Source of the DNA: Thermoprotei archaeon
GTDB taxonomy: Archaea; Thermoproteota; Thermoprotei; Thermoproteales; B15-G16
DNA: 64,000 nt
NCBI GenBank assembly: GCA_003649205.1
Contig: QMRC01000002.1
Location: forward strand, 1 to 64,000
Reading direction: 5' to 3'
Shown: positions 37,734-47,694 of the stretch, piece after piece
Numbering within the stretch: the stretch's first letter is position 1
Layout of the letters: every line of letters starts with the position of its first letter
The notes under the pieces: model-generated
The model's database searches: none
What the model was told of the DNA's origin: nothing
The model's input: only the letters and a program-made list of their open reading frames with translations
Program-made: the position numbers and the translations under genes

Positions 37734-38903
37734 GTGCCTCGTGTAGTTCTTGTATCGACTTATCCACCTACTCACTGCGGTGTGGCTGAGTACACTAGGT
37801 TTTTGGTCACTTCACTTAGGTCACTTCCCTACCGTAAGCTGGAGATTAAGGTTATTGGTGATGAAGGTTCTATGTCAGGTACAGATTCTGAAGCTGGTGT
37901 TGAGATTATTCCTACGTTTAGGGTTGGTTGTGCTGATTCTCTAAGTAGGGTTATTGATGTATTGACGGAGATTGATGGTACTGATATACTACATATACAG
38001 CATGAGTACGACATCTATACTCTGAGTCATGCCTTGGAGAGTGTACTTGAGGAGGTTAGAGATGAGAGGTTAGCTAAGGTTGTAGTCATTACGCTACATA
38101 CAGTGTACACCCCTGTTAGAGGTCTTGAGAGCAGGGTCGAGATTCAGAGAGGTCTTATTGAGCAGGTAGATGCTGTTATTGTGCATAGCATCCAGCAGGA
38201 ATTTGAACTCTATACTCAAGGTGTTCCTCCTAGAAAGGTGTACAGGATACCTCATGGCACCTTAATAAATCCATACCTACACTACTCCAGGAGATTTCTG
38301 TCAGAGAAGCTGGGTATTCCATTTGAGAGGTTGAGAGGTATTGTCCTTACGGTACCTGGATTCGTTAGAAAGGATAAGGGTCTCGATATCTTGATTCAAG
38401 CACTCTCAAAGCTTAAGGACTTGAAGCTAACTGTTGTCGTAGCTGGCGAAGTTAGAGATCGTGAGGTTAAGAAGCATATTGAGGAAGCTACTAGAGAGGG
38501 TAAGATGATAATGATTGAGAGATACCTGAGTAATGACGAATTGTTGATGCTGGTAGCACTGAGTGATGCTATTGTGCTACCATATAGAGATGCACCAGGT
38601 ATTCTAAGTGTTAGTGGTATATTACACATATCGATGGGTAGCCTAAAGCCCTTACTCGGTTCGAGAGTACCTAGATTGGTTGAGCTGTATCAGAATGCAC
38701 CGAGATTGACCTTTAGACCCGAAGAACCTGAGGAACTGGCTCAAAAGATTAGGTGGTTAGTTAAGAACTACGACTACACAATAGCGTACGCAAGTGCTCT
38801 ATACAGCTACGCAGTTAGAACACAGTGGTTGAGAATGGCTAGAAGACACCTCAGTCTATACCTCGAGCTAGTGAAGGATAAGGTAGAGGGAAAGCAAGCT
38901 TAG
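37734..38903 (+). CDS. GT4-family glycosyltransferase
   Basis: Motifs STYPPTHCGVAEYT, HIQHEY, IPHG, GFVRKDKG and LPY. Confidence 0.9.
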   Translation: MPRVVLVSTYPPTHCGVAEYTRFLVTSLRSLPYRKLEIKVIGDEGSMSGTDSEAGVEIIPTFRVGCADSLSRVIDVLTEIDGTDILHIQHEYDIYTLSHALESVLEEVRDERLAKVVVITLHTVYTPVRGLESRVEIQRGLIEQVDAVIVHSIQQEFELYTQGVPPRKVYRIPHGTLINPYLHYSRRFLSEKLGIPFERLRGIVLTVPGFVRKDKGLDILIQALSKLKDLKLTVVVAGEVRDREVKKHIEEATREGKMIMIERYLSNDELLMLVALSDAIVLPYRDAPGILSVSGILHISMGSLKPLLGSRVPRLVELYQNAPRLTFRPEEPEELAQKIRWLVKNYDYTIAYASALYSYAVRTQWLRMARRHLSLYLELVKDKVEGKQA

Positions 38904-39586
38904 GTACCATCCACCACAATATCTAATCCCTTGACCTCTCGCTCAAGCTCATTAACCAACCTCATCAGCCTCTCTAGCCTTGACCTAGCAATCATCTTGC
39001 TAACTTCAAAATTCATTGAATTAGGTAAGTGAATTAACTTCGTAAATACGTGATCTACACAGTACTTATCCTCCATGAGAGGTCTAGATTGGGGAATAAC
39101 CTCAGTAAGGTCATGAATAGCCCTTCCCAGGTACGCACCATACGCGATGACTCTAGCAAATCCAATAACACCAAGAGCATCTAACCTATCAGCATCCTGT
39201 AGAATAGCTGAGATGATATTAGATGGCTTCAAACCACTAGACCAACTATGCTCAGAAATAGCAGTTACAATAATTCTCACACACTCACTACAAAGACCAA
39301 GATCAGTAAGTAACTTCCTAGCAAACTCACCTGATCTAGAAGCATGATCCTCCTTACCAAATAGCGGTATAGCAATGTCATGTAGGTAGCAAGCAATCTC
39401 AAGTAACTTCAACTCCCTTAGATTTAGACCAAGTACTCTACCCAACTTGAGAGCCACATTACTAACCCTAATGACATGAGTTAAGTCGTGCGATATGGGT
39501 ACCCTACCTCTAGCACCCTCATACACCTTAACCACGAAGTCTCTAACCCTATCAGCGACATAATTTAGTAACTCAACATCACACAT
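38900..39586 (-). CDS. HD-domain phosphohydrolase (YedJ-like)
   Basis: Motifs SHDLTHVIRV, YLHDI and LQDADRLDALG. Confidence 0.9.
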   Translation of the reverse strand: MCDVELLNYVADRVRDFVVKVYEGARGRVPISHDLTHVIRVSNVALKLGRVLGLNLRELKLLEIACYLHDIAIPLFGKEDHASRSGEFARKLLTDLGLCSECVRIIVTAISEHSWSSGLKPSNIISAILQDADRLDALGVIGFARVIAYGAYLGRAIHDLTEVIPQSRPLMEDKYCVDHVFTKLIHLPNSMNFEVSKMIARSRLERLMRLVNELEREVKGLDIVVDGT

Positions 39587-39750
39587 ACATCCACCCAGTA
39601 AAAATGGGTAAAAATCAATAATTATTGATTAAGTAACTTAAGTAACTACGTAACAAATATATGCCACCTACGTAGCAACACGTAAAACAAGACATGTAGT
39701 GTAGTATTTTGAGGAGTTTAATTACTTACTTCAACGTGGTGTTTAGGTAG

Positions 39751-40932
39751 ATGGTAGATTACACACCATTACTTGAGGTACTGTTGCTGATTGTACTAGC
39801 TAAGGTTCTTGGAGAGGTATTTAGTAGAATTTCCCTCCCTCGTGTCATAGGTGAATTACTTGCAGGTATCATATTAGGTCCATCAATTCTCGCTGTGGTC
39901 GCTCCGACTGAGGAGCTTGAGATCCTATCAACTATTGGTGTAGTATTCTTCATGTTGTCAGCTGGTTTAGAGATTGACCTAGAGAGATTAATGAAGCACT
40001 TTAGGGAAGGACTCTTGGTTGCTGTATTTGGCGTAGCGGTACCTTTCTTACTCGGATTTATACTAGGTTACCTCTACGGTTACGGACTTGTAACATCGTT
40101 TTGTCTAGGTACGTGTTTATCAATAACAGCTATTGGTCTTAGCATACGTACGCTAATGGACTTGAACATGCTGAATACGAGAGTTGGACTAACTATTGTA
40201 AATGCTGCTGTTGACGATGATGTCATTGGTCTCGTGCTGATGTCCATAGCTACTGCTCTAGCTATTGAGGAGGAAGCTGTGAGCTACCATAGGGTAGTTA
40301 CGTCAGCAATTACTGCTGTCGCTTTCATAATCGCTAGCTTCATGATCGTACACTACCTAGGTACTAGACTACGCTCAGTAGTTTCACGATACTTCAGGGC
40401 AACCAGCTCGAAGCTAGTACTAGCAATATCGCTAGCCCTACTCTTTGGTCTAGTAGCTAGAGCATCCTCACTTCACGAAATTATTGGGGTCTTCATTGCC
40501 GGTATGTTGCTTAGGAATGTACTTGGGAAGGAAGTTGAGAAAGAGATACTTGATTTTACCTTAGCTTTCTTCGCACTTCTCTTCTTCTCGTACATTGGTG
40601 TGAAGACAGACATTGGGTCTATCCTAGAGATCACTGAAGTAGCTATAGCCTTGATAGCGTTTGCATTCATAGGGAAGATCATAGGCGGTGTTATTGGTGG
40701 TACTCTCTCAGGTCTATCGCTTCCTGAAGCTTTAGTAGTTGGTATTGCTATGAACTCACGAGCTGCTGTTGAGCTAGCTATAGCTAATATGCTGTATACT
40801 GTCGGTGTACTGTCACTAGAGCTCTTCTCAGCAATAGTGTTAATGGCAGCAGTAACGTCAATAGCCACGCCTTTGATGCTAAAGTTCACTACCACACTGC
40901 TGTGGGATAAGTTAAGTAGAGTTCGGTGTTGA
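39751..40932 (+). CDS. CPA2/NapA-type cation:proton antiporter
   Basis: Motifs GELLAGIILGP, AGLEID, AAVDDDVIG and AMNSRAAVE. Confidence 0.92.
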   Translation: MVDYTPLLEVLLLIVLAKVLGEVFSRISLPRVIGELLAGIILGPSILAVVAPTEELEILSTIGVVFFMLSAGLEIDLERLMKHFREGLLVAVFGVAVPFLLGFILGYLYGYGLVTSFCLGTCLSITAIGLSIRTLMDLNMLNTRVGLTIVNAAVDDDVIGLVLMSIATALAIEEEAVSYHRVVTSAITAVAFIIASFMIVHYLGTRLRSVVSRYFRATSSKLVLAISLALLFGLVARASSLHEIIGVFIAGMLLRNVLGKEVEKEILDFTLAFFALLFFSYIGVKTDIGSILEITEVAIALIAFAFIGKIIGGVIGGTLSGLSLPEALVVGIAMNSRAAVELAIANMLYTVGVLSLELFSAIVLMAAVTSIATPLMLKFTTTLLWDKLSRVRC

Positions 40933-40951
40933 GGAGGTTCCAGGAGGGATT

Positions 40952-41030
40952 TGGTGCGGCCGCCGGGATTTGAACCCGGGCTCACTGGCTCGGAAGGCCA
41001 GCATCCTAGACCAGGCTAGACGACGGCCGC
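40952..41030 (-). tRNA. tRNA-Gly(TCC), intron-less, CCA encoded
   Basis: GCGGCCGTCGTCTAGCCTGGTCTAGGATGCTGGCCTTCCGAGCCAGTGAGCCCGGGTTCAAATCCCGGCGGCCGCACCA, with an upstream CTATAAAC TATA. Confidence 0.97.
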
Positions 41031-41089
41031 TTGTAGTCGTGTAGTTTTGTGTTGTGTGGTGTTTATAGATTTTTCACCGTCTTCCTCCC

Positions 41090-41857
41090 TTGCTACTTGG
41101 GGTTAATCTTTTCTGTGAGTTATTTTGCTGGTGTGTAGAGGTGTGTTATGTGGTTTGTGCTGTTGTATTTGATGTGTGGGGTACTCTCTTGAAAACTCGT
41201 GTATTTCTTGAGCGTATTGCTCGTGAGCTGTGCTCTCTTCTCGGTAATGATGACGTTGATTCGTTGTTGGGTAAGTTGTTGGAGGTTCATGAGTTGTGTA
41301 AGATTGCTAGGAGGAGAGGAGCTTTTCGTGAGGATTGGATTGTTGAAGATGCTATTAACTTTGTTGTGGAGAGACTTGGTATTAGTGCTGAGTTGCTTAG
41401 GAGGGCTATTGCTAGGGCTGTGTTGTCTGTCTCTTGTGAGGAGTTGATCATTGATGGTGTTCCTGAGGTTCTTGAGGAGGTTTCTAGTCTTGGTTTGAAA
41501 GTTGGTTTGCTCAGTAATGTTCTGTATTGGCCAGGGAGCTACACTAGGCTTGTTCTTGAGCGCTGTGGTTTAGGTAGGTACTTTGAGGTTCAGCTGTATG
41601 CTGATGAGATTAGGTGTCTGAAACCTAAGCGAGAAGCCTTTACCAAGGTTGCACAGGTTCTTGGAGTTGAGGTAGAAGACATGATCTACGTCGGTGATAG
41701 CGTTGTTGAGGATGCTGTTGGCGCTCTCCTGTCTGGTGCTAGAGCTATCTTACTCTCAAGAGATGTCAGGGATGTTGTGAACATAGGTAACCTAATGTAC
41801 ATAGCTCCTCACGTTAAGTTCGTACCCTCTATAGTTCGAACAATTGTAAGTAAGTAG
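41090..41857 (+). CDS. HAD-family hydrolase
   Basis: Motifs VFDVWGTL, LSN, KP and YVGDSVVED. The start is probably near 41150. Confidence 0.9.
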   Translation: MLLGVNLFCELFCWCVEVCYVVCAVVFDVWGTLLKTRVFLERIARELCSLLGNDDVDSLLGKLLEVHELCKIARRRGAFREDWIVEDAINFVVERLGISAELLRRAIARAVLSVSCEELIIDGVPEVLEEVSSLGLKVGLLSNVLYWPGSYTRLVLERCGLGRYFEVQLYADEIRCLKPKREAFTKVAQVLGVEVEDMIYVGDSVVEDAVGALLSGARAILLSRDVRDVVNIGNLMYIAPHVKFVPSIVRTIVSK

Positions 41858-41874
41858 TTTCCTCTTAGTTTCCT

Positions 41875-42327
41875 CTAGGGTGTTAGCAGTGGTCTATATC
41901 TCCCATCTTTATCCTGGTACAGGTAGCCAGCTAGGGCTAGAACCCTGATGACATTTTGCTCCTTTTCAGGTAGTGACCTCAGCTCGTCTTCACTTAGTGG
42001 GTTTTGACTTAGCTTCTGCAGCACTCTATTCAGTAGCTCAGTACTCACGATGTAGGCTTGCTCACCTACACGAACTACCCTGATAATTCCCTGCCTCTCT
42101 CGCTCAATTATCTGCGAGTACGTGGTTAGTTGACGCTCAATAGCTTCTCTCACAGTAACTACACCAACCCTATCGAGTACCTCCATCAAGGGATCCGTAA
42201 CTTCAGTAGTCACTATTCTCTCTACGAGCTTAAGCCCAGACTCAGGAAGTTGTTTAGTTCTCTTCCTCCTCACCTCAATTAACTTCAGTACCAACTCAAC
42301 TAATCTAACTAGTTCCTTCTCACTCAA
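41875..42327 (-). CDS. Hypothetical protein, possibly wHTH-like
   Basis: 150-aa ORF overlapping the upstream HD gene. Confidence 0.7.
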   Translation of the reverse strand: MSEKELVRLVELVLKLIEVRRKRTKQLPESGLKLVERIVTTEVTDPLMEVLDRVGVVTVREAIERQLTTYSQIIERERQGIIRVVRVGEQAYIVSTELLNRVLQKLSQNPLSEDELRSLPEKEQNVIRVLALAGYLYQDKDGRYRPLLTP

Positions 42328-43111
42328 AACTGATAACCCTCCACTCCTGTCCTCTTAAGTACATTATCACCTCTATGAAGTTTCCTATACCTGATGTCTT
42401 GATCTTACTACCCAACACCTTCTCTACCTGAAAGAGCCCAGCCTCATTATCCATATCGACAACTATAGCTATTGGCTTGTTACCACCTCTAACTATATCA
42501 ACTCTCTTAATAGCAATTGCTGAGACCGCATGAATATCGACCTTACCTGTCCTGTAGGGTACTCTAGCTCTACCTTCAGCCATGTCAGTACCATCAGCAA
42601 CCTTCACTACACCAGCCTCCAAGCTTAAGCACTGAACCTCTTCATCATGTGAGTATATCGTGTGTAGGATCTCTTGCTTTACCATGTACATCTTCTTCCT
42701 CTCACTACCGTAAACCTTCCTCAGCAATCTCCTAAGTACTCTATCAGCTAGGTAGTACCCATGTATTGCATGTCCATCCCTATGAACTGAGTTCCCTATG
42801 TCGTGCAGGTAAGCACCACAAAGCACAACTAATTTAGCATCTTCTAGATCACCTATACCATCCTTAACTACATTTGGTACAGCATAGTTTCCACTAACTA
42901 GTATGTTCAACATCTCAAGCGCACTACCAGCAACAATTCTAGAATGTGTAACACCGTGATCATTGTATCGAAGTCTACTCACCGCCATAACATTAGCCAT
43001 CTTCAAGTAGGCTTGTACTTCAGGATCCTTCTCAAGTAGGTAGTACATCTTCTCAAGCTTGGGACTGTGCTTGATATGATGCATCACTAGCTCTGGAGAT
43101 ACCCTCACCAT
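42320..43111 (-). CDS. HD-domain phosphohydrolase (COG3294-like)
   Basis: Motifs RLRYNDHGVTH, YLHDIGNSVHR and VKVADGTDMAEGRAR. Confidence 0.9.
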   Translation of the reverse strand: MVRVSPELVMHHIKHSPKLEKMYYLLEKDPEVQAYLKMANVMAVSRLRYNDHGVTHSRIVAGSALEMLNILVSGNYAVPNVVKDGIGDLEDAKLVVLCGAYLHDIGNSVHRDGHAIHGYYLADRVLRRLLRKVYGSERKKMYMVKQEILHTIYSHDEEVQCLSLEAGVVKVADGTDMAEGRARVPYRTGKVDIHAVSAIAIKRVDIVRGGNKPIAIVVDMDNEAGLFQVEKVLGSKIKTSGIGNFIEVIMYLRGQEWRVISFE

Positions 43112-43181
43112 GGCAAATCACCGTCAGCACATCAAGAAAATGTCGAGGAACCTTAAAAAGCCTCTACTCGTATCCTACTAG

Positions 43182-43232
43182 GTGATGAGCCGGGTTTCAG
43201 ATCAGATCTGTGAAGAGCACACCCTTAACTGA
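43182..43232 (+). ncRNA. C/D box sRNA (cluster member 1)
   Basis: GTGATGA-gccgggtttcagat-CAGA-tct-GTGAAGA-gcacacccttaa-CTGA. Confidence 0.88.
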
Positions 43233-43280
43233 TCAGCAATCCTATAACTCTTCATCAATCAAGGCCGAGGGTTTCATCAC
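43233..43280 (-). ncRNA. C/D box sRNA (cluster member 2)
   Basis: GTGATGA-aaccctcggcc-TTGA-ttg-ATGAAGA-gttataggattg-CTGA. Confidence 0.88.
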
Positions 43281-43328
43281 CCAGCTAAACCTCGTAGATA
43301 CGGTATTTAAGGATTGACGACTACTAAT

Positions 43329-43379
43329 TCAGCCTGGTGTCAGCTCTTCATCGGTAATCCGGTCTGGGGTACTCATCAC
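43329..43379 (-). ncRNA. C/D box sRNA (cluster member 3), probable 16S rRNA guide
   Basis: GTGATGA-gtaccccagac-CGGA...ATGAAGA-gctgacaccagg-CTGA. The D guide is complementary to 16S UCUGGUGUCAGC(CGCCGCGG). Confidence 0.9.
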
Positions 43380-43496
43380 CTAAATTAGTCGGTGTTCCAC
43401 AACCTATGAACTTTACTACCGTGATAACTAGACATACAAAAATCCACACATGGCGTTTAGTATATCTCGGAGTACCTCAAGACCCCCACTTAGGCG

Positions 43497-43547
43497 ATGA
43501 CCGGCCGATGGCTGGCTGATAGATGAAGATTTGGGTAAGCTAGGGGA
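43497..43547 (+). ncRNA. Degenerate C/D-like sRNA (cluster member 4)
   Basis: ATGAccg-gccgatggctgg-CTGA-tag-ATGAAGA-tttgggtaagctag-GGGA. Internal boxes are good and terminal boxes are degenerate. Confidence 0.55.
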
Positions 43548-43550
43548 GCC

Positions 43551-45128
43551 TCATCTACGAATTAGCAACCACACTAGGTTGAGCAGTATTCTAGGTGATG
43601 GTACATTCACGTCAACTTTTGAAGCCTCCTCAATAAGCTTCTCTGGATTGCTCCTAATTAACTGAACTACATCCTTCATTGTTTTCAAGCCTAGATTTAT
43701 GAAGCGCTCAACTAGTTTACGTGCTACCCCACTACTTAATCTATCTAGGAGTCTAGGTAGTATCCAGTTTGTGAATGAGATATCGTGCTCGATGCACCTA
43801 GCAAGTAATTCCCAGTGGGTATCTGTGAAGAAGTTTAATGTGAAGAACTTCTCACGCTCCAATCTCGAAAGACCCATTGGGACCATGAGTAGTGGGAATA
43901 ACCAACATTTAGTGCCTTTCAGTTCATCAACTAGCTCCACTGTAGCAACTACATCACTTTCCTCTTCACCTGGAAGACCAAGGATCATTGTATAGCAGGG
44001 GTACCAGCAGTTATCATTCATTATCTTCGTAGCCTCTACACACATCCAGGGCCAATCATCAGGAGTCCAGGGCCTTGGCTTACCACCCATGTGAATACTA
44101 ATTAGTTTGGGGCTACCTGTCTCAATACCTACCTGAGGTATGTATGGTTTATCCTCACTATACTCCCAAACCTCAGTAATGTACTTGACTAGGTTCGGTG
44201 CCTGTAGAATGCTTGAGATAGATACGTGACAGAAACCTACATTCCTAGTTAACTTAGCAATAGAGTCAACTAACCTCTTAACAGCATCCACATTCACTCT
44301 TATGCCGTTAGCACCATAGAGGAAACCGTCTTCAGTAACTAAGCCTATACCTCTGATACCAGCCCGTACATTAACCTCGACTTCCCTCAGTATCTGAGGA
44401 AGTGGTATAGATCTAAAGTCGAACATTGTTGGGTTACAGAAAGCACACCTCCTCGGACATCCCCTAGTAATCTGCACAAGTCCATTCCTCGAAGGACCTC
44501 TTATTGTAGGGATCTTATCTACAGGTACTGTAGGAGCATAGAATTCACCAGAGATCTCCTCACCACTCAGCACCTTCTTGCAGATTTCAGGAAATAGGAG
44601 TTCACCTTCACCATGAATTAGAGCATCGATACCTATCTTCGTGTATACTTCTTTCAATTGCCATGTGCCTGGACCGCCGACAATGATCTTAAATCTGTAC
44701 CTATGCTTAAGCTTTCTCAGCTTATTCATGAGCTTCATGAAGAGGTACTGTGTGCAGGTTTCCCCACCACCTGCTAGTGAAGCTAAGGTGTATGATACTG
44801 GAGCCTTCCCTAGTGGATCAAGTACGTGAACACCTACTACCTCAGTATCGTCGGTAATTACCTTGTGAAGGTACTCAGGAGTTGTAATAATTACCTCGCT
44901 CTCCTTAAAACCAGCTGCTAAAAGGGCTGCCTCTATCTTGCGTAGAGGATATGGTGGAGTTAGTGCTCTATACTCTTCATCGACCTTTAGCTTAGGCGCG
45001 AGAACATTGTACATCACTGGTCTAGGTACTAATCTATGTGGTAAACAGAGAAGGAAACCAAGCCAATCAGCACCGCTGTAGTCTGTCATTGTTGCTCTAT
45101 CTGATGTTAGCACAATAGTGTAGCCCAT
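43551..45128 (-). CDS. B12-binding-domain radical SAM enzyme, GDGT ring synthase (Grs)/GMGT synthase (Gms)-like
   Basis: N-terminal IVLTSDRATMTDY...PPYPLRKIEAAL, IIVGGPG, ITRGCPRRCAFC and QVGIETGS. Confidence 0.78.
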   Translation of the reverse strand: MGYTIVLTSDRATMTDYSGADWLGFLLCLPHRLVPRPVMYNVLAPKLKVDEEYRALTPPYPLRKIEAALLAAGFKESEVIITTPEYLHKVITDDTEVVGVHVLDPLGKAPVSYTLASLAGGGETCTQYLFMKLMNKLRKLKHRYRFKIIVGGPGTWQLKEVYTKIGIDALIHGEGELLFPEICKKVLSGEEISGEFYAPTVPVDKIPTIRGPSRNGLVQITRGCPRRCAFCNPTMFDFRSIPLPQILREVEVNVRAGIRGIGLVTEDGFLYGANGIRVNVDAVKRLVDSIAKLTRNVGFCHVSISSILQAPNLVKYITEVWEYSEDKPYIPQVGIETGSPKLISIHMGGKPRPWTPDDWPWMCVEATKIMNDNCWYPCYTMILGLPGEEESDVVATVELVDELKGTKCWLFPLLMVPMGLSRLEREKFFTLNFFTDTHWELLARCIEHDISFTNWILPRLLDRLSSGVARKLVERFINLGLKTMKDVVQLIRSNPEKLIEEASKVDVNVPSPRILLNLVWLLIRR

Positions 45129-45199
45129 ATTTACCCCCTATATTCAGTCTCTGAATATAGAGAAGCAGGAACAGACTATTTCAATTTTCTGTGAAAGAA

Positions 45200-45248
45200 T
45201 CAGCATCAGAGGCGTTCTTCACCTATCAGTCAAAAGCAAGTTCATCAC
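45200..45248 (-). ncRNA. C/D box sRNA
   Basis: GTGATGA-acttgcttttga-CTGA-tag-GTGAAGA-acgcctctgatg-CTGA. Confidence 0.92.
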
Positions 45249-45336
45249 TACTATAGAACTACAGACGTAGTATTCACCTAATACGTTTACTCTCGAGCTG
45301 TTCACTACTTTACTTAAGTGTGTTACTTATCACCTG

Positions 45337-45948
45337 ATGAGACCTACATGGGATGAGTACTTCATGTTAGTTGCACATCTCGTGAAACTCAGGTCAACGT
45401 GTATTAGACGTAGGGTAGGTGCTGTGTTGGTTAAAGGAACTAGAATTGTGGCGACAGGTTACAATGGCGTTCCAGTAAAGTTCAGACACTGTACCGATGT
45501 TGGTTGTCTTCGTGAGGTGTTGAAGATACCTAGTGGACTATGTCATGAACTATGTCGTGGATTACATGCTGAGATGAATGCTATAATTCAAGCTGCAGTC
45601 TTCGGTGTCTCTACGGTCGGGTGTAAGCTCTACGTAACCACGTACCCATGCACTATGTGTGCTAAGATGATTGCTAATGCAGGTATTAGTGAGGTAATAT
45701 ACGACAGTGATTACGAGGATGAGCTAGCGAAGAGTATTTTCGATGAGGCAGGTATCGTAGTTAGGAGGTTTGTATTGAGAGGTGAGTTGATGAGGATTGT
45801 TAAGGCATTAGAATCTCTCTACAGGGTACCGGAGGTAGCGCCTTCCCCTGAAGTTATTGAGCTAGCTAAGAAGCTCCTTCCAGAGTACAGAAAGCTCTGT
45901 TCACTACTTTCGAACACACCTCTACTAGACCTTAGATCTGAAAACTGA
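45337..45948 (+). CDS. dCMP deaminase (ComEB family)
   Basis: Motifs RPTWDEYFM, RSTCIRRRVGA, TGYNG, HAEMNAI and PCTMC. Confidence 0.92.
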   Translation: MRPTWDEYFMLVAHLVKLRSTCIRRRVGAVLVKGTRIVATGYNGVPVKFRHCTDVGCLREVLKIPSGLCHELCRGLHAEMNAIIQAAVFGVSTVGCKLYVTTYPCTMCAKMIANAGISEVIYDSDYEDELAKSIFDEAGIVVRRFVLRGELMRIVKALESLYRVPEVAPSPEVIELAKKLLPEYRKLCSLLSNTPLLDLRSEN

Positions 45949-45987
45949 TTTTAGATACCTAGGTTATCTACAAGGAACGGTGTCTTT

Positions 45988-47691
45988 GTGGTTCATGAGG
46001 TAAAGTTCACTATTGCATCTAGAGAGATAGAGATTGGTGGTCCAGAACCTGAACTTAGACCAGGTGAGAAGCTAGTTAGGAGAACTGCATCTCTATGTCC
46101 TGAGTGCTATAGGATACTACCAGCAATAGTACTGGAGAGGGATGGTGCTATATGGATTAGAAGAGTGTGCCCCAAGCATGGTGAAATCGAGGAAATTTAC
46201 TGGTCTGATGCTGAACTGTACCATCGTGCTATGGAATGGGAGATCAAGGGATTGGGTATAGATAACCCACAGGTAGACCTTAAGTACCCATGTCCATTTA
46301 ACTGTGGTCTCTGTTCACTTCACACAACCTGTACAGCATTAGCAAACATAGTTGTGACAAATAGATGTGACCTAAGTTGCTGGTACTGCTTCTTCTACGC
46401 TGAGAAAGCAGGTTTCGTATATGAGCCAACGCTCGAGCAGATTGAGTACATGCTCAAGGTAGCTAGGGACTTGAGACCAATACCTGTTCCAGCCATACAG
46501 CTAACGGGTGGAGAACCAACACTGAGAGATGACCTAGTAGAGATCGTACGTATAGCTAAGAGACTAGGTGTAAGACATGTACAGCTCAATACAAACGGTA
46601 TTCGACTAGCTTTTGATCTAGATTATCTAAGGAAGTTGAGAAGTGAAGGAGTTAATACACTCTACCTGAGCTTCGATGGTGTTACACCAGAAACCAATCC
46701 AAAGAATCACTGGGAAATACCCTACCTCTTTGAGAACTGTAGAGCAGCAAGAATGACCAGTGTGGTTCTGGTACCTACAGTGATTAAGGGATACAACGAT
46801 CATGAACTTGGTGCAATACTGAAGTTTGCTGCAATGAACATTGATATAGTTAGAGGAGTGAACTATCAACCAGTTTCACTCACAGGTAGAATGCCTAGAC
46901 ATGAACGTGAGAAGTTCAGAATCACTATTCCCGATGTGATAAGGAAGATTGAAGAGCAAACAGAGGGACAAATAGCTAGAGAAGATTGGTACCCAACACC
47001 AAGTGTAGTACCACTTGCTAGATTCCTATCACTAATCTCAGGTAAGTGGTACATTGAGTTCACAAATCACCCAGCATGTGGTATGGCGACGTACGTCTAT
47101 GTAGAGAAGAGAGGTGAGAAACTAGAGGATACGAAGATGATACCGATTACGAGGTTCATTGATGCAGAGGGATTTCTAGAGTATCTAAGAGAGAAGATAC
47201 CTGAAGTGTACGAAGCTGGGAAGTTCACGAAGTATATTAAGGCTATAGATGCACTACTGAAACTACTCACCAAGTTCATTGATGTCAACAAAGTACCAAA
47301 AGATCTTAACCTAAGAAAAATCTTAACTAAGATATTTATAAAGAGAAACTACAAGGCACTAGGAGAATTCCACTACAAGTTACTATTCATAGGTATGATG
47401 CACTTCATGGACCTCTACAACTACGACATTGATAGAGTGAGAAGATGCTGTATACACTACCTAGTTCCAGACGGTAGAATAATACCATTCTGTACATTTA
47501 ACGTACTATCAGACATATACCGCGACTACATACAGGAGAAATACAAAGTACCACTCGATGAATGGGTAAAGATCAAGGGCTCACACACAGTAGGTCCAGC
47601 AATTAAGTACAGGAGAAATGTAGAGAAGCTAGTGAGAGGAGAAGCGTACAGGAAGCATTACGAGGAAATACTCAAACTGGTGAAAAGGTAG
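45988..47691 (+). CDS. tes: Tetraether lipid synthase (Tes/GDGT-MAS, MJ0619 family radical SAM)
   Basis: N-terminal SLCPEC...CPKHG, CPFNCGLCSLH, TNRCDLSCWYCF, HPACG and MHFMDLYNYDIDRVRRCCIHY...IIPFC. Confidence 0.9.
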   Translation: MVHEVKFTIASREIEIGGPEPELRPGEKLVRRTASLCPECYRILPAIVLERDGAIWIRRVCPKHGEIEEIYWSDAELYHRAMEWEIKGLGIDNPQVDLKYPCPFNCGLCSLHTTCTALANIVVTNRCDLSCWYCFFYAEKAGFVYEPTLEQIEYMLKVARDLRPIPVPAIQLTGGEPTLRDDLVEIVRIAKRLGVRHVQLNTNGIRLAFDLDYLRKLRSEGVNTLYLSFDGVTPETNPKNHWEIPYLFENCRAARMTSVVLVPTVIKGYNDHELGAILKFAAMNIDIVRGVNYQPVSLTGRMPRHEREKFRITIPDVIRKIEEQTEGQIAREDWYPTPSVVPLARFLSLISGKWYIEFTNHPACGMATYVYVEKRGEKLEDTKMIPITRFIDAEGFLEYLREKIPEVYEAGKFTKYIKAIDALLKLLTKFIDVNKVPKDLNLRKILTKIFIKRNYKALGEFHYKLLFIGMMHFMDLYNYDIDRVRRCCIHYLVPDGRIIPFCTFNVLSDIYRDYIQEKYKVPLDEWVKIKGSHTVGPAIKYRRNVEKLVRGEAYRKHYEEILKLVKR

Positions 47692-47694
47692 TGA

